DNA of 64,000 nt from Escherichia coli (GTDB lineage: Bacteria > Pseudomonadota > Gammaproteobacteria > Enterobacterales > Enterobacteriaceae), in the NCBI RefSeq assembly GCF_003334385.1, contig NZ_QOWN01000022.1; one strand, written 5' to 3'. Numbering within the stretch: the stretch's first letter is position 1; each line of letters opens with the position of its first letter. This document shows positions 11,216-24,261 of the stretch, in pieces. The translations under genes and the position numbers were made by a program. Below the pieces are notes generated by a model. That model was not told where the DNA came from. It made no database searches and saw only the letters and a program-made list of their open reading frames with translations.

Positions 11216-13479
11216 CCAGGCCAGTAACGTTATCAGAACCCCATTTCAGCCAGCATACCCTGAACAAGTATGCATCGCTGATGGCGCAGGGGAACGGCTA
11301 TCTTGGGCTTCGCGCCAGCCATGAAGAAGATTACACGCGCCAGACGCGAGGGATGTATCTGGCGGGGCTGTATCATCGGGCGGGAAAAGGTGAAATCAAC
11401 GAACTGGTGAACCTGCCTGATGTCGTGGGGATGGAGATTGCCATAAATGGTGAGGTTTTCTCGTTATCCCACGAAGCCTGGCAGCGTGAGCTTGACTTTG
11501 CCAGTGGCGAATTACGCCGCAATGTTGTCTGGCGTACCAGCAACGGCTCAGGTTACACCATCGCCAGCCGTCGCTTTGTTTCGGCAGACCAACTGCCGCT
11601 CATTGCGCTGGAAATCACTATTACGCCACTGGACGCCGACGCGTCAGTGCTGATTTCAACAGGCATTGACGCCACGCAAACCAATCACGGTCGCCAACAT
11701 CTCGACGAAACCCAGGTGCGGGTGTTTGGTCAGCATCTGATGCAGGGGAGCTACACCACCCAGGATGGACGCAGTGATGTGGCCATCAGCTGTTGCTGTA
11801 AGGTGAGCGGTGATGTGCAGCAATGCTATACCGCCAAAGAGCGCCGTTTACTGCAACATACCAGTGCGCAGCTTCATGCAGGCGAGACAATGACGTTGCA
11901 AAAACTGGTGTGGATCGACTGGCGGGATGACAGGCAAGCTGCTTTAGACGAGTGGGGCAGCGCGTCGCTTCGCCAGCTTGAAATGTGCGCGCAGCAGAGT
12001 TACGACCAACTTCTTGCAGCATCAACAGAAAACTGGCGTCAATGGTGGCAGAAACGTCGTATCACGGTAAATGGCGGCGAAGCGCACGATCAGCAAGCGT
12101 TAGATTATGCGCTTTATCATCTGCGCATCATGACGCCTGCCCACGACGAGCGCAGCAGCATTGCGGCAAAAGGCTTAACCGGCGAAGGCTACAAAGGCCA
12201 CGTTTTCTGGGATACAGAAGTATTTTTGTTACCGTTTCATCTGTTTAGCGATCCGACGGTTGCCCGAAGTTTACTGCGTTATCGCTGGCACAACTTGCCA
12301 GGCGCGCAGGAGAAAGCGCGACGCAACGGCTGGCAGGGCGCGCTATTTCCGTGGGAAAGCGCGCGCAGCGGCGAAGAAGAGACGCCGGAATTTGCCGCCA
12401 TTAACATTCGCACCGGGCTGCGGCAAAAAGTGGCCTCGGCGCAGGCGGAACATCATCTGGTGGCCGATATCGCCTGGGCGGTTATTCAATACTGGCAGAC
12501 CACGGGGGATGAAAGTTTCATTGCGCATGAAGGCATGGCGCTACTTCTGGAGACGGCAAAGTTCTGGATTAGCCGCGCGGTGAGAGTTAACGATCGTCTG
12601 GAAATTCATGATGTTATTGGGCCAGACGAATATACCGAACATGTCAATAATAATGCATACACCAGCTATATGGCCCGCTACAACGTTCAACAGGCGCTGA
12701 ATATTGCCCGCCAGTTCGGCTGTAGCGACGATGCGTTTATCCATCGCGCCGAAATGTTCCTCAAAGAGCTATGGATGCCAGAAATTCAGCCCGACGGCGT
12801 TTTGCCGCAGGATGATTCGTTTATGGCTAAGCCGGCGATTAATCTGGCGAAATACAAAGCGGCGGCGGGGAAGCAAACCATACTGCTGGATTATTCACGC
12901 GCAGAAGTGAACGAGATGCAGATCCTCAAACAAGCTGATGTGGTGATGCTCAATTACATGCTGCCGGAGCAGTTCTCAGCGGCATCGTGTCTTGCCAATC
13001 TGCAATTTTATGAACCGCGCACTATTCACGACTCGTCATTAAGTAAAGCAATCCACGGCATTGTTGCCGCACGCTGTGGCCTGCTGACCCAAAGTTATCA
13101 GTTCTGGCGCGAGGGGACTGAAATCGATCTTGGTGCTGATCCGCATAGTTGTGATGATGGTATCCATGCTGCCGCAACTGGCGCTATCTGGCTGGGGGCG
13201 ATTCAGGGTTTTGCCGGGGTGAGCGTGCGTGACGGTGAATTGCATCTCAATCCGGCGTTACCTGAGCAGTGGCAACAGTTGTCTTTCCCTCTGTTCTGGC
13301 AGGGCTGCGAATTACAGGTCACTCTTGACGCGCAGCGTATTGCGATTCGAACTTCTGCGCCCGTTTCACTGCGTTTGAACGGTCAGCTTATAACCGTGGC
13401 TGAAGAATCTGTTTTCTGTTTGGGTGATTTTATTTTGCCCTTCAATGGGACCGCTACCAAACATCAGGAGGATGAATGA
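11212..13479 (+). CDS. ycjT: GH65 kojibiose phosphorylase
   Basis: 755-aa ORF with GH65 hallmarks ([13 protein letters not shown]); overlaps both neighbours. Confidence 0.93.
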
Positions 13480-14135
13480 AACTGCAAGGGGTAATTTTCG
13501 ATCTGGATGGTGTAATCACCGATACCGCGCATCTGCATTTCCAGGCGTGGCAGCAGATTGCCGCTGAAATTGGCATCAGCATTGATGCGCAGTTTAACGA
13601 ATCCCTAAAAGGGATCAGCCGCGATGAGTCTCTGCGGCGCATTCTGCAACACGGGGGCAAAGAGGGCGACTTTAACTCGCAGGAGAGGGCGCAACTGGCG
13701 TATCGCAAAAATCTGCTCTATGTCCACTCACTACGCGAGTTGACGGTCAACGCTGTTCTACCCGGCATTCGCTCTTTGCTGGCAGATCTCCGTGCACAGC
13801 AGATCTCGGTTGGGCTGGCTTCTGTCTCCCTGAATGCGCCGACGATTTTAGCGGCGCTGGAGCTGCGCGAGTTTTTCACCTTCTGCGCGGATGCTTCCCA
13901 ACTTAAAAACTCGAAACCGGACCCGGAAATCTTTCTCGCCGCCTGTGCAGGGCTGGGCGTGCCGCCGCAGGCATGTATCGGCATTGAAGATGCGCAGGCG
14001 GGCATTGACGCCATTAACGCCAGCGGTATGCGCTCGGTGGGGATCGGCGCGGGCTTAACCGGGGCGCAATTACTGTTGCCTTCAACGGAATCACTCACCT
14101 GGCCGCGGTTATCGGCCTTCTGGCAAAACGTATAG
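13476..14135 (+). CDS. ycjU: beta-phosphoglucomutase (HAD superfamily)
   Basis: 219-aa ORF with the HAD motif [11 protein letters not shown]. Confidence 0.94.
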
Positions 14136-14148
14136 CAAAGGAATCAAC

Positions 14149-15231
14149 ATGGCTCAGCTTTCGTTACAACATATTCAAAAAATCTACGATAACCAGGTGC
14201 ATGTGGTGAAGGACTTCAACCTGGAAATTGCCGATAAAGAGTTCATCGTGTTTGTCGGCCCGTCGGGCTGCGGTAAGTCGACCACCCTGCGCATGATTGC
14301 CGGGCTTGAGGAGATCAGCGGCGGCGATCTGTTGATCGACGGCAAACGAATGAATGACGTTCCAGCCAAAGCACGCAATATAGCGATGGTGTTCCAGAAC
14401 TACGCGTTGTATCCGCATATGACGGTTTACGACAACATGGCGTTTGGTCTGAAGATGCAAAAAATCGCCAAAGAGGTGATTGATGAGCGGGTGAACTGGG
14501 CGGCGCAAATTCTCGGCCTGCGTGAGTACCTGAAACGTAAGCCGGGGGCGCTTTCCGGCGGGCAACGTCAGCGAGTGGCGCTTGGGCGGGCGATTGTACG
14601 CGAAGTGGGCGTGTTTTTAATGGATGAACCGCTCTCTAACCTTGATGCCAAGCTGCGCGTGCAAATGCGCGCAGAGATCAGCAAGCTGCATCAGAAACTG
14701 AACACCACCATGATCTACGTGACCCACGATCAGACCGAAGCGATGACCATGGCGACGCGGATTGTGATTATGAAAGACGGGATTGTTCAGCAAGTAGGTG
14801 CGCCGAAAACCGTTTATAACCAACCCGCGAATATGTTTGTTTCCGGATTTATTGGATCACCAGCGATGAATTTTATTCGCGGCACGATCGATGGCGATAA
14901 ATTCGTTACGGAAACGCTTAAATTAACCATTCCCGAAGAGAAATTAGCGGTTCTGAAAACACAGGAAAGTTTGCATAAGCCCATCGTGATGGGAATACGA
15001 CCGGAAGATATTCATCCGGACGCGCAAGAGGAAAATAACATTTCCGCCAAAATTAGCGTGGCAGAATTAACCGGTGCGGAATTTATGCTCTACACCACGG
15101 TTGGGGGGCACGAGTTAGTGGTCCGTGCTGGTGCGTTAAATGATTATCATGCAGGAGAAAATATCACTATTCATTTTGATATGACGAAATGTCATTTCTT
15201 TGATGCAGAAACGGAAATAGCAATTCGCTAA
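14149..15231 (+). CDS. ycjV: ABC sugar transporter ATPase (MalK-like), intact
   Basis: 360-aa uninterrupted ORF with Walker A GPSGCGKST, signature LSGGQRQR and Walker B FLMDEP. Confidence 0.93.
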   Translation: MAQLSLQHIQKIYDNQVHVVKDFNLEIADKEFIVFVGPSGCGKSTTLRMIAGLEEISGGDLLIDGKRMNDVPAKARNIAMVFQNYALYPHMTVYDNMAFGLKMQKIAKEVIDERVNWAAQILGLREYLKRKPGALSGGQRQRVALGRAIVREVGVFLMDEPLSNLDAKLRVQMRAEISKLHQKLNTTMIYVTHDQTEAMTMATRIVIMKDGIVQQVGAPKTVYNQPANMFVSGFIGSPAMNFIRGTIDGDKFVTETLKLTIPEEKLAVLKTQESLHKPIVMGIRPEDIHPDAQEENNISAKISVAELTGAEFMLYTTVGGHELVVRAGALNDYHAGENITIHFDMTKCHFFDAETEIAIR

Positions 15232-15275
15232 ATACAGGGGGAAGGCATTCCCCCAGGATAATACAAGGAACAATA

Positions 15276-16181
15276 ATGAAAAAGTTATTACCCTGTACCG
15301 CACTGGTGATGTGTGCGGGAATGGCCTGCGCACAGGCCGAGGAAAGGAACGACTGGCACTTTAATATCGGCGCGATGTACGAAATAGAAAACGTCGAGGG
15401 TTATGGCGAAGATATGGATGGGCTGGCGGAGCCTTCAGTCTATTTTAATGCCGCCAACGGGCCGTGGAGAATTGCTCTGGCCTATTATCAGGAAGGGCCG
15501 GTAGATTATAGCGCGGGTAAACGTGGAACGTGGTTTGATCGCCCGGAGCTGGAGGTGCATTATCAGTTCCTCGAAAACGATGATTTCAGTTTCGGCCTGA
15601 CCGGCGGTTTCCGTAATTATGGTTATCACTACGTTGATGAACCGGGTAAAGACACGGCGAATATGCAGCGCTGGAAAATCGCGCCAGACTGGGATGTGAA
15701 ACTGACTGACGATTTACGTTTCAACGGTTGGTTGTCGATGTATAAATTTGCCAACGATCTGAACACTACCGGTTACGCTGATACCCGTGTCGAAACGGAA
15801 ACAGGTCTGCAATATACCTTCAACGAAACGGTTGCCTTGCGAGTGAACTATTATCTCGAGCGCGGCTTCAATATGGACGACAGCCGCAATAACGGTGAGT
15901 TTTCCACGCAAGAAATTCGCGCCTATTTGCCGCTGACGCTCGGCAACCACTCGGTGACGCCGTATACGCGCATTGGGCTGGATCGCTGGAGTAACTGGGA
16001 CTGGCAGGATGATATTGAACGTGAAGGCCATGATTTTAACCGTGTAGGTTTATTTTACGGTTATGATTTCCAGAACGGACTTTCCGTTTCGCTGGAATAC
16101 GCGTTTGAGTGGCAGGATCACGACGAAGGCGACAGTGATAAATTCCATTATGCAGGTGTCGCCGTAAATTACTCGTTCTGA
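15276..16181 (+). CDS. ompG: outer membrane porin G (14-strand monomeric porin)
   Basis: 301-aa ORF with a signal peptide, alternating beta-strand pattern and C-terminal aromatic (NYSF). Confidence 0.95.
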   Translation: MKKLLPCTALVMCAGMACAQAEERNDWHFNIGAMYEIENVEGYGEDMDGLAEPSVYFNAANGPWRIALAYYQEGPVDYSAGKRGTWFDRPELEVHYQFLENDDFSFGLTGGFRNYGYHYVDEPGKDTANMQRWKIAPDWDVKLTDDLRFNGWLSMYKFANDLNTTGYADTRVETETGLQYTFNETVALRVNYYLERGFNMDDSRNNGEFSTQEIRAYLPLTLGNHSVTPYTRIGLDRWSNWDWQDDIEREGHDFNRVGLFYGYDFQNGLSVSLEYAFEWQDHDEGDSDKFHYAGVAVNYSF

Positions 16182-16194
16182 TAATGGGCTAAAT

Positions 16195-16272
16195 TGCCGG
16201 ATGCGGCGCGAGTACTTTATCCGATCTATAAATGTAGGCCGGATAAGATGCGCTAGCATCGCATCTGGCATT
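16195..16272. repeat. REP/BIME palindromic cluster
   Basis: Contains gccggatgcggcg and gtaggccggataag...gcatctggca REP-type motifs between convergent ompG and ycjW. Confidence 0.75.
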
Positions 16273-16291
16273 CAGGCAAGGTAGCTGGTAT

Positions 16292-17290
16292 TTATTTCAG
16301 CGTCATATGCGTGGCAACGGTAATATTCTGTGGTGACGGTTTTCCAGAAATTAAGCGGAATAATAACTCGCAGCTTTGTTGACCTAACTCCTGCGTCGGA
16401 ACATCGATGCCGCCCGGTGCAGGCGTTAAAATAAATGACAGCGTTTCATTGCTATAACCCACCACCGCTAACTGCTGCGGAATAGCAATATTTTTCTCTG
16501 CTGCCGCACGATAAATGCTCATTAATTTCAGGCTGTCAGTGGCAAACACCGCCTCAGGCAACGGTGACTGGCTTAATAATTGCCGTGCTGCTTTTAATGC
16601 AGTTTCATGGGTATAACCGCCATCAACAATCCATTCATCACGCACTGCAATATTATGCGCAGCCAGGCTCTGCTTATAACCATTAACGCGATCAACCGAA
16701 ACATGGACATCAAGCGGAGCATGCAGGCAGGCAATATTTTGATGCCCACTTTCAATTAATGCATCGGTCAACGCAATGCTGTCGCCAAAATTATCGGTAT
16801 CGACAGAATAAACATGGGCATATTGACCTTCAACTTTGCCAATCACCACCACCGGAATATCATATTTATCGAGTTGGGCAAAAAATGACTCATCCGCTGG
16901 CGAACTGAGCATAATAATGCCTTTAATCATTTTCTGCTTAATTTTGCTTTCGCATTTTTGCAGATCTTCTGCCGGATTGTGCGACGTTTGTAATATCACG
17001 TCGAAACCTTCTTCTTCAGCTTTGGCGGTGATGGCATGCAAAACTTCAGAGAAAAACGGATTACCCGCCGTAGTTTTGGTCGAACGGGTAGAAATCACCA
17101 TAATGGCATCAAAACCCGAAGAGGTCAGCGCGCGGGCCAGCTTGTTTGGCTGATACTGTAATTCTTCAATGGCCCGTAACACTTTTTCGCGCGCTTCCGG
17201 GGAGATATTAGTTTGCTTATTCAGCACGCGTGATACGGTGGATTTTGATACGCCTGCAACCCTGGCAATATCATAAATAGTAGGGGACAT
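16292..17290 (-). CDS. ycjW: LacI/GalR-family transcriptional repressor
   Basis: 332-aa ORF with N-terminal [27 protein letters not shown] and a periplasmic-binding-fold core. Confidence 0.94.
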
Positions 17291-17445
17291 AGGTCAGGAA
17301 CTCCGTCCGAACGTGAATGCTGCACATCTTATGGAGTTCGCCGGTCGATGACAACACGGGCAGTTGATAATCAATGGCCTGGCCCCCACATTCATATCCT
17401 TACGAATGATTTTTTTTCTGGTCTTCAGAGCAGCACAGGACAGCA

Positions 17446-18843
17446 ATGAAGCGACTTAAAAATGAACTCAATGCGCTGGTGAATCGGGGTGTCGACAGAC
17501 ATCTGCGCCTCGCTGTAACCGGACTTAGCCGCAGCGGCAAAACAGCGTTTATCACCGCGATGGTTAATCAGTTGCTTAATATTCACGCCGGAGCACGTTT
17601 GCCGCTGTTAAGTGCGGTGCGTGAAGAGCGCCTGCTGGGCGTGAAACGCATTCCCCAGCGTGACTTTGGCATTCCGCGCTTCACCTATGACGAAGGGCTG
17701 GCGCAGTTATATGGCGATCCACCCGCCTGGCCAACGCCAACGCGCGGCGTCAGTGAAATCCGCCTGGCGCTACGTTTTAAATCGAATGATTCGCTGCTAC
17801 GCCACTTTAAGGATACCTCCACGCTGTATCTGGAAATTGTGGATTATCCCGGCGAATGGTTGCTCGACCTGCCGATGCTGGCGCAGGACTATTTAAGCTG
17901 GTCGCGCCAGATGACGGGCTTACTCAATGGTCAGCGCGGAGAATGGTCGGCGAAATGGCGAATGATGAGCGAAGGGCTGGACCCGCTAGCGCCTGCCGAC
18001 GAAAACCGGCTGGCGGACATTGCCGCCGCGTGGACCGATTATCTCCACCACTGTAAAGAGCAGGGGCTGCACTTTATTCAGCCTGGGCGCTTTGTCTTGC
18101 CGGGAGATATGGCAGGTGCGCCCGCGCTGCAATTCTTCCCGTGGCCGGATGTCGATACCTGGGGCGAGTCCAAACTGGCGCAGGCCGATAAGCATACCAA
18201 TGCCGGAATGCTGCGCGAGCGCTTTAATTATTACTGCGAGAAGGTGGTGAAGGGGTTCTATAAGAATCATTTTCTGCGCTTTGACCGCCAGATTGTGCTG
18301 GTGGATTGCCTGCAACCTCTCAACAGTGGGCCACAGGCATTTAATGATATGCGTCTGGCACTGACGCAGCTGATGCAAAGTTTTCACTACGGGCAGCGTA
18401 CCCTGTTCCGGCGTTTGTTTTCGCCGGTTATCGATAAGCTATTGTTTGCTGCCACTAAAGCGGACCATGTGACCATCGATCAGCACGCTAATATGGTTTC
18501 ATTACTGCAACAACTGATTCAGGATGCCTGGCAAAATGCGGCGTTCGAAGGGATCAGCATGGACTGCCTGGGGCTGGCGTCAGTTCAGGCGACCACCAGC
18601 GGCATTATTGATGTTAACGGTGAGAAAATCCCGGCGCTGCGTGGTAATCGACTTAGCGATGGCGCACCGCTCACTGTTTATCCTGGCGAAGTTCCCGCAC
18701 GTTTGCCTGGTCAGGCGTTCTGGGATAAGCAAGGCTTCCAGTTTGAGGCATTTCGTCCGCAGGTGATGGATGTCGACAAACCACTACCGCATATTCGTCT
18801 TGATGCTGCGCTGGAATTTTTAATAGGAGATAAATTGCGATGA
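17446..18843 (+). CDS. ycjX: YcjX-family P-loop NTPase
   Basis: 465-aa ORF with Walker A GLSRSGKT; overlaps the downstream ycjF start. Confidence 0.93.
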   Translation: MKRLKNELNALVNRGVDRHLRLAVTGLSRSGKTAFITAMVNQLLNIHAGARLPLLSAVREERLLGVKRIPQRDFGIPRFTYDEGLAQLYGDPPAWPTPTRGVSEIRLALRFKSNDSLLRHFKDTSTLYLEIVDYPGEWLLDLPMLAQDYLSWSRQMTGLLNGQRGEWSAKWRMMSEGLDPLAPADENRLADIAAAWTDYLHHCKEQGLHFIQPGRFVLPGDMAGAPALQFFPWPDVDTWGESKLAQADKHTNAGMLRERFNYYCEKVVKGFYKNHFLRFDRQIVLVDCLQPLNSGPQAFNDMRLALTQLMQSFHYGQRTLFRRLFSPVIDKLLFAATKADHVTIDQHANMVSLLQQLIQDAWQNAAFEGISMDCLGLASVQATTSGIIDVNGEKIPALRGNRLSDGAPLTVYPGEVPARLPGQAFWDKQGFQFEAFRPQVMDVDKPLPHIRLDAALEFLIGDKLR

Positions 18844-19901
18844 CCGAACCGTTAAAACCACGTATTGATTTCGACGGTCCTCTGGAGGTCGATCAGAATC
18901 CTAAATTCAGGGCGCAGCAGACCTTTGACGAAAATCAGGCGCAAAATTTTGCCCCGGCCACGCTCGACGAAGCGCAGGAAGAAGAGGGGCAAGTCGAAGC
19001 GGTAATGGACGCAGCGTTACGTCCGAAACGCAGCCTGTGGCGCAAAATGGTGATGGGAGGGCTGGCTCTGTTTGGCGCAAGCGTTGTCGGGCAGGGTGTA
19101 CAGTGGACAATGAATGCCTGGCAAACCCAGGACTGGGTGGCGCTGGGTGGATGTGCCGCTGGGGCATTGATTATCGGCGCTGGCGTAGGTTCTGTGGTAA
19201 CAGAGTGGCGGCGCTTATGGCGCTTGCGACAGCGCGCCCATGAACGCGACGAAGCGCGTGATTTATTGCATAGCCACGGCACGGGCAAAGGCCGCGCATT
19301 TTGCGAAAAACTGGCGCAGCAGGCGGGTATTGATCAGTCGCATCCGGCGCTGCAACGCTGGTATGCCTCAATCCATGAAACGCAAAACGACCGTGAAGTG
19401 GTCAGCCTGTATGCGCATTTGGTCCAGCCAGTTTTAGATGCCCAGGCGCGGCGCGAAATCAGCCGTTCGGCGGCGGAATCAACGTTGATGATTGCGGTCA
19501 GCCCGCTGGCGTTGGTCGATATGGCGTTTATCGCCTGGCGCAATCTGCGTTTAATTAATCGCATCGCCACGCTGTATGGCATTGAACTGGGGTATTACAG
19601 CCGTTTGCGTCTGTTTAAGCTGGTATTGCTGAATATCGCTTTTGCCGGAGCCAGCGAACTGGTGCGCGAAGTGGGGATGGACTGGATGTCGCAAGATCTC
19701 GCTGCTCGTTTGTCTACCCGCGCAGCTCAGGGGATTGGTGCAGGACTTCTGACGGCACGACTCGGGATTAAAGCTATGGAGCTTTGCCGCCCGCTGCCGT
19801 GGATTGACGATGACAAACCTCGCCTCGGGGATTTCCGTCGTCAGCTTATCGGTCAGGTGAAAGAAACGCTGCAAAAAGGCAAAACGCCCAGCGAAAAATA
19901 A
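18840..19901 (+). CDS. ycjF: UPF0283 inner-membrane protein
   Basis: 353-aa ORF with central TM segments, translationally coupled to ycjX (ATGA). Confidence 0.92.
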   Translation: MTEPLKPRIDFDGPLEVDQNPKFRAQQTFDENQAQNFAPATLDEAQEEEGQVEAVMDAALRPKRSLWRKMVMGGLALFGASVVGQGVQWTMNAWQTQDWVALGGCAAGALIIGAGVGSVVTEWRRLWRLRQRAHERDEARDLLHSHGTGKGRAFCEKLAQQAGIDQSHPALQRWYASIHETQNDREVVSLYAHLVQPVLDAQARREISRSAAESTLMIAVSPLALVDMAFIAWRNLRLINRIATLYGIELGYYSRLRLFKLVLLNIAFAGASELVREVGMDWMSQDLAARLSTRAAQGIGAGLLTARLGIKAMELCRPLPWIDDDKPRLGDFRRQLIGQVKETLQKGKTPSEK

Positions 19902-19960
19902 TGCAATATCGGGTGCTGACCGGATATCTTTACGCCGAAGTGCCCGTTTTTCCGTCTTTG

Positions 19961-19978
19961 TGTCAATGATTGTTGACA
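19961..19978 (+). promoter_or_regulatory. TyrR box (autoregulatory operator)
   Basis: TGTCAATGATTGTTGACA is a palindrome close to TGTAAA-N6-TTTACA, about 70 bp upstream of the tyrR ATG. Confidence 0.75.
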
Positions 19979-20048
19979 GAAACCTTCCTGCTATCCAAAT
20001 AGTGTCATATCATCATATTAATTGTTCTTTTTTCAGGTGAAGGTTCCC

Positions 20049-21590
20049 ATGCGTCTGGAAGTCTTTTGTGAAGACCGACTCGGTCTGACCCGCGAATTAC
20101 TCGATCTACTCGTGCTAAGAGGCATTGATTTACGCGGTATTGAGATTGATCCCATTGGGCGAATCTACCTCAATTTTGCTGAACTGGAGTTTGAGAGTTT
20201 CAGCAGTCTGATGGCCGAAATACGCCGTATTGCGGGTGTTACCGATGTGCGTACTGTCCCGTGGATGCCTTCCGAACGTGAGCATCTGGCGTTGAGCGCG
20301 TTACTGGAGGCGTTGCCTGAACCTGTGCTCTCTGTCGATATGAAAAGCAAAGTGGATATGGCGAACCCGGCGAGCTGTCAGCTTTTTGGGCAAAAATTGG
20401 ATCGCCTGCGCAACCATACCGCCGCACAATTGATTAACGGCTTTAATTTTTTACGTTGGCTGGAAAGCGAACCGCAAGATTCGCATAACGAGCATGTCGT
20501 TATTAATGGGCAGAATTTCCTGATGGAGATTACGCCTGTTTATCTTCAGGATGAAAATGATCAACACGTCCTGACCGGTGCGGTGGTGATGTTGCGATCA
20601 ACGATTCGTATGGGCCGCCAGTTGCAAAATGTCGCCGCCCAGGACGTCAGCGCCTTCAGTCAAATTGTCGCCGTCAGCCCGAAAATGAAGCATGTTGTCG
20701 AACAGGCGCAGAAACTGGCGATGCTAAGCGCGCCGCTGCTGATTACGGGTGACACAGGTACAGGTAAAGATCTCTTTGCCTACGCCTGCCATCAGGCAAG
20801 CCCCAGAGCGGGCAAACCTTACCTGGCGCTGAACTGTGCGTCTATACCGGAAGATGCGGTCGAGAGTGAACTGTTTGGTCATGCTCCGGAAGGGAAGAAA
20901 GGATTCTTTGAGCAGGCGAACGGTGGTTCGGTGCTGTTGGATGAAATAGGGGAAATGTCACCACGGATGCAGGCGAAATTACTGCGTTTCCTTAATGATG
21001 GCACTTTCCGTCGGGTTGGCGAAGACCATGAGGTGCATGTCGATGTGCGGGTGATTTGCGCTACGCAGAAGAATCTGGTCGAACTGGTGCAAAAAGGCAT
21101 GTTCCGTGAAGATCTCTATTATCGTCTGAACGTGTTGACGCTCAATCTGCCGCCGCTACGTGACTGTCCGCAGGACATCATGCCGTTAACTGAGCTGTTC
21201 GTCGCCCGCTTTGCCGACGAGCAGGGCGTGCCGCGTCCGAAACTGGCCGCTGACCTGAATACTGTACTTACGCGTTATGCGTGGCCGGGAAATGTGCGGC
21301 AGTTAAAGAACGCTATCTATCGCGCACTGACACAACTGGACGGTTATGAGCTGCGTCCACAGGATATTTTGTTGCCGGATTATGACGCCGCAACGGTAGC
21401 CGTGGGCGAAGATGCGATGGAAGGTTCGCTGGACGAAATCACCAGCCGTTTTGAACGCTCGGTATTAACCCAGCTTTATCGCAATTATCCCAGCACGCGC
21501 AAACTGGCAAAACGTCTCGGCGTTTCACATACCGCGATTGCCAATAAGTTGCGGGAATATGGTCTGAGTCAGAAGAAGAACGAAGAGTAA
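20049..21590 (+). CDS. tyrR: aromatic amino acid regulator TyrR (ACT-PAS-AAA+-HTH)
   Basis: ATG at 20049 gives a 513-aa MRLEVFCEDRLGLTREL protein with Walker A GDTGTGKD. Confidence 0.96.
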   Translation: MRLEVFCEDRLGLTRELLDLLVLRGIDLRGIEIDPIGRIYLNFAELEFESFSSLMAEIRRIAGVTDVRTVPWMPSEREHLALSALLEALPEPVLSVDMKSKVDMANPASCQLFGQKLDRLRNHTAAQLINGFNFLRWLESEPQDSHNEHVVINGQNFLMEITPVYLQDENDQHVLTGAVVMLRSTIRMGRQLQNVAAQDVSAFSQIVAVSPKMKHVVEQAQKLAMLSAPLLITGDTGTGKDLFAYACHQASPRAGKPYLALNCASIPEDAVESELFGHAPEGKKGFFEQANGGSVLLDEIGEMSPRMQAKLLRFLNDGTFRRVGEDHEVHVDVRVICATQKNLVELVQKGMFREDLYYRLNVLTLNLPPLRDCPQDIMPLTELFVARFADEQGVPRPKLAADLNTVLTRYAWPGNVRQLKNAIYRALTQLDGYELRPQDILLPDYDAATVAVGEDAMEGSLDEITSRFERSVLTQLYRNYPSTRKLAKRLGVSHTAIANKLREYGLSQKKNEE

Positions 21591-21595
21591 GCGCG

Positions 21596-21630
21596 AATAT
21601 GCCTGATGGTGCAACACCATCAGGCATATT
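21596..21630. terminator. bidirectional hairpin terminator between tyrR and tpx
   Basis: Perfect 16-bp inverted repeat aatatgcctgatggtg-caa-caccatcaggcatatt between convergent genes. Confidence 0.8.
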
Positions 21631-21633
21631 AAA

Positions 21634-22140
21634 TTATGCTTTCAGTACAGCCAGAGCTGCTTCGTAATCCGGCTCGGTGGTGATTTCATCCACCAGCTGG
21701 CTGAAAATCACATTGTCATTTTCGTCAATAACCACAACGGCACGCGCTGCCAGACCTTTCAGTGGGCCATCAGCAATTGCCACACCGTAAGCTTGCAGAA
21801 ATTCAGCGTTACGGAAAGTGGAGAGGGTGATAACGTTGTTCAGACCTTCTGCGCCGCAGAAACGAGACTGGGCGAACGGCAGATCGGCAGAGATACACAG
21901 CACAACGGTGTTGTCGATCTCAGTTGCCAGTTGGTTAAACTTACGTACTGATGCGGCGCAAACACCGGTATCAATACTCGGGAAAATGTTCAGCACTTTG
22001 CGTTTACCCGCAAACTGACCGAGGGTGACGTCAGACAGATCTTTTGCCACGAGAGTAAAAGTCTGCGCTTTGCTACCCGCCTGCGGGATGGAATTGGCGA
22101 CTGTAACCGGGTTGCCCTGGAAATGAACGGTTTGTGACAT
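21634..22140 (-). CDS. tpx: thiol peroxidase (atypical 2-Cys peroxiredoxin)
   Basis: 168-aa [25 protein letters not shown] with peroxidatic Cys context SIDTGVC. Confidence 0.96.
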   Translation of the reverse strand: MSQTVHFQGNPVTVANSIPQAGSKAQTFTLVAKDLSDVTLGQFAGKRKVLNIFPSIDTGVCAASVRKFNQLATEIDNTVVLCISADLPFAQSRFCGAEGLNNVITLSTFRNAEFLQAYGVAIADGPLKGLAARAVVVIDENDNVIFSQLVDEITTEPDYEAALAVLKA

Positions 22141-22248
22141 GATTATCTTTCCTGTTTACATATAGTTAACGTCACACCTAGTTTATGCTAACTGTCAATA
22201 ACACAGCAAACGCTATTTGCGCTTAATCCGCAGACCACCGCGACAACA

Positions 22249-23198
<950 letters not shown>

Positions 23199-23224
<26 letters not shown>

Positions 23225-23927
23225 GATGCCAGCGCAGCAAGTTTGCCATCGCAAAGAGATATTTTTCGCTGGCTTCGTCGGAGGAGATGGGCGGAAACTC
23301 TGCGGTGATGCAATGCAAGTTCAGATCTGCACACCAACTGCCGAAAGAGCCAGGCGTTTCATAACCGACGCTGGTTACCAGAGGCAATTCAAACGCCTGA
23401 GCCAGCCATTCGCCTAATTCGCTGTGTCTGGGATCTTCAATACAGGCCAGTGGATCGTGGAATGAGACCACCCAGGCAGGTTGAATGCGGTGTATAAGCT
23501 GGCACAGCGCCTGGGTTTCAGGTTCGGAGCCAGGTTTGTCACCTGTCAGTAATACGACATCGCGTTCTTCAGCGGCGCTGTTCCAGCGATAAACGGTTTC
23601 ACCTTCCTTCCAGTTCGCCGCCGGAAAGTTTCTGTTTAAATCCACACCATTAGCATTGGCCCGTAACCCCAACTGGCAGCCGTCAGGATTCACACACAGC
23701 ACCACATGATGACGGCGCAAAGAAGGTGTCAACGTCCGCAGAGCACAGGAGAGCGTGACGACCGAAGAGTTTTCATCACCGTGAGTGCCAGCCAGAATCA
23801 AACCACTTTCGCGGCTGGCTGCAGGGGCAGGAAACCAGATTAACGGCGCGCCCAATAATGAACGTCCGTAATGTTCTGTTCCGGGCGGAAATGCGCCGCG
23901 TTCGGCGCGTGGGCGGGTTACGGTCAT
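23199..23927 (-). CDS. mpaA: murein tripeptide amidase A (M14 metallopeptidase)
   Basis: Start at 23927 gives a 242-aa MTVTRPRAERGAFPPG protein with the zinc motif HGDE. Its 3' end overlaps ycjG convergently. Confidence 0.92.
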
Positions 23928-24008
23928 GATCGTCTCTGGTTCAGGAAGTATTACAGGCAGTGTTGTGCAAATTTTGCGGATTATCAAATCCTTTTCTTCA
24001 ACGCTATG

Positions 24009-24191
24009 TCATCGATCTTGTATCACTTTTTTGCCGGAAGTTGTTTGCATTTTATTAGTTGGATAGGGTTTGTGGATTTTTGCTGGCTGACGGGCAAATA
24101 AAGTTTGTTTAATGGTTTGCTTATCTGCCAGTTGATTAATCACATGGCGGGCTATCTGACCGCCAGCACCAAGAATCAGTACATTTTTCAT
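24009..24191 (-). pseudogene. ymjC: truncated NAD(P)-binding (NmrA/SDR-like) gene fragment
   Basis: The 60-codon ORF begins with a Rossmann motif MKNVLILGAGGQIARHV but stops after about 60 aa. Full-length relatives are roughly 200 aa. Only about 80 nt remain before mpaA. Confidence 0.6.
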
Positions 24192-24261
24192 GAAAATTAT
24201 CCCAGATTATTGGCAGCAATATGCCAGTCCATATCACTATTGCGGATTTGAATATGTTTCA

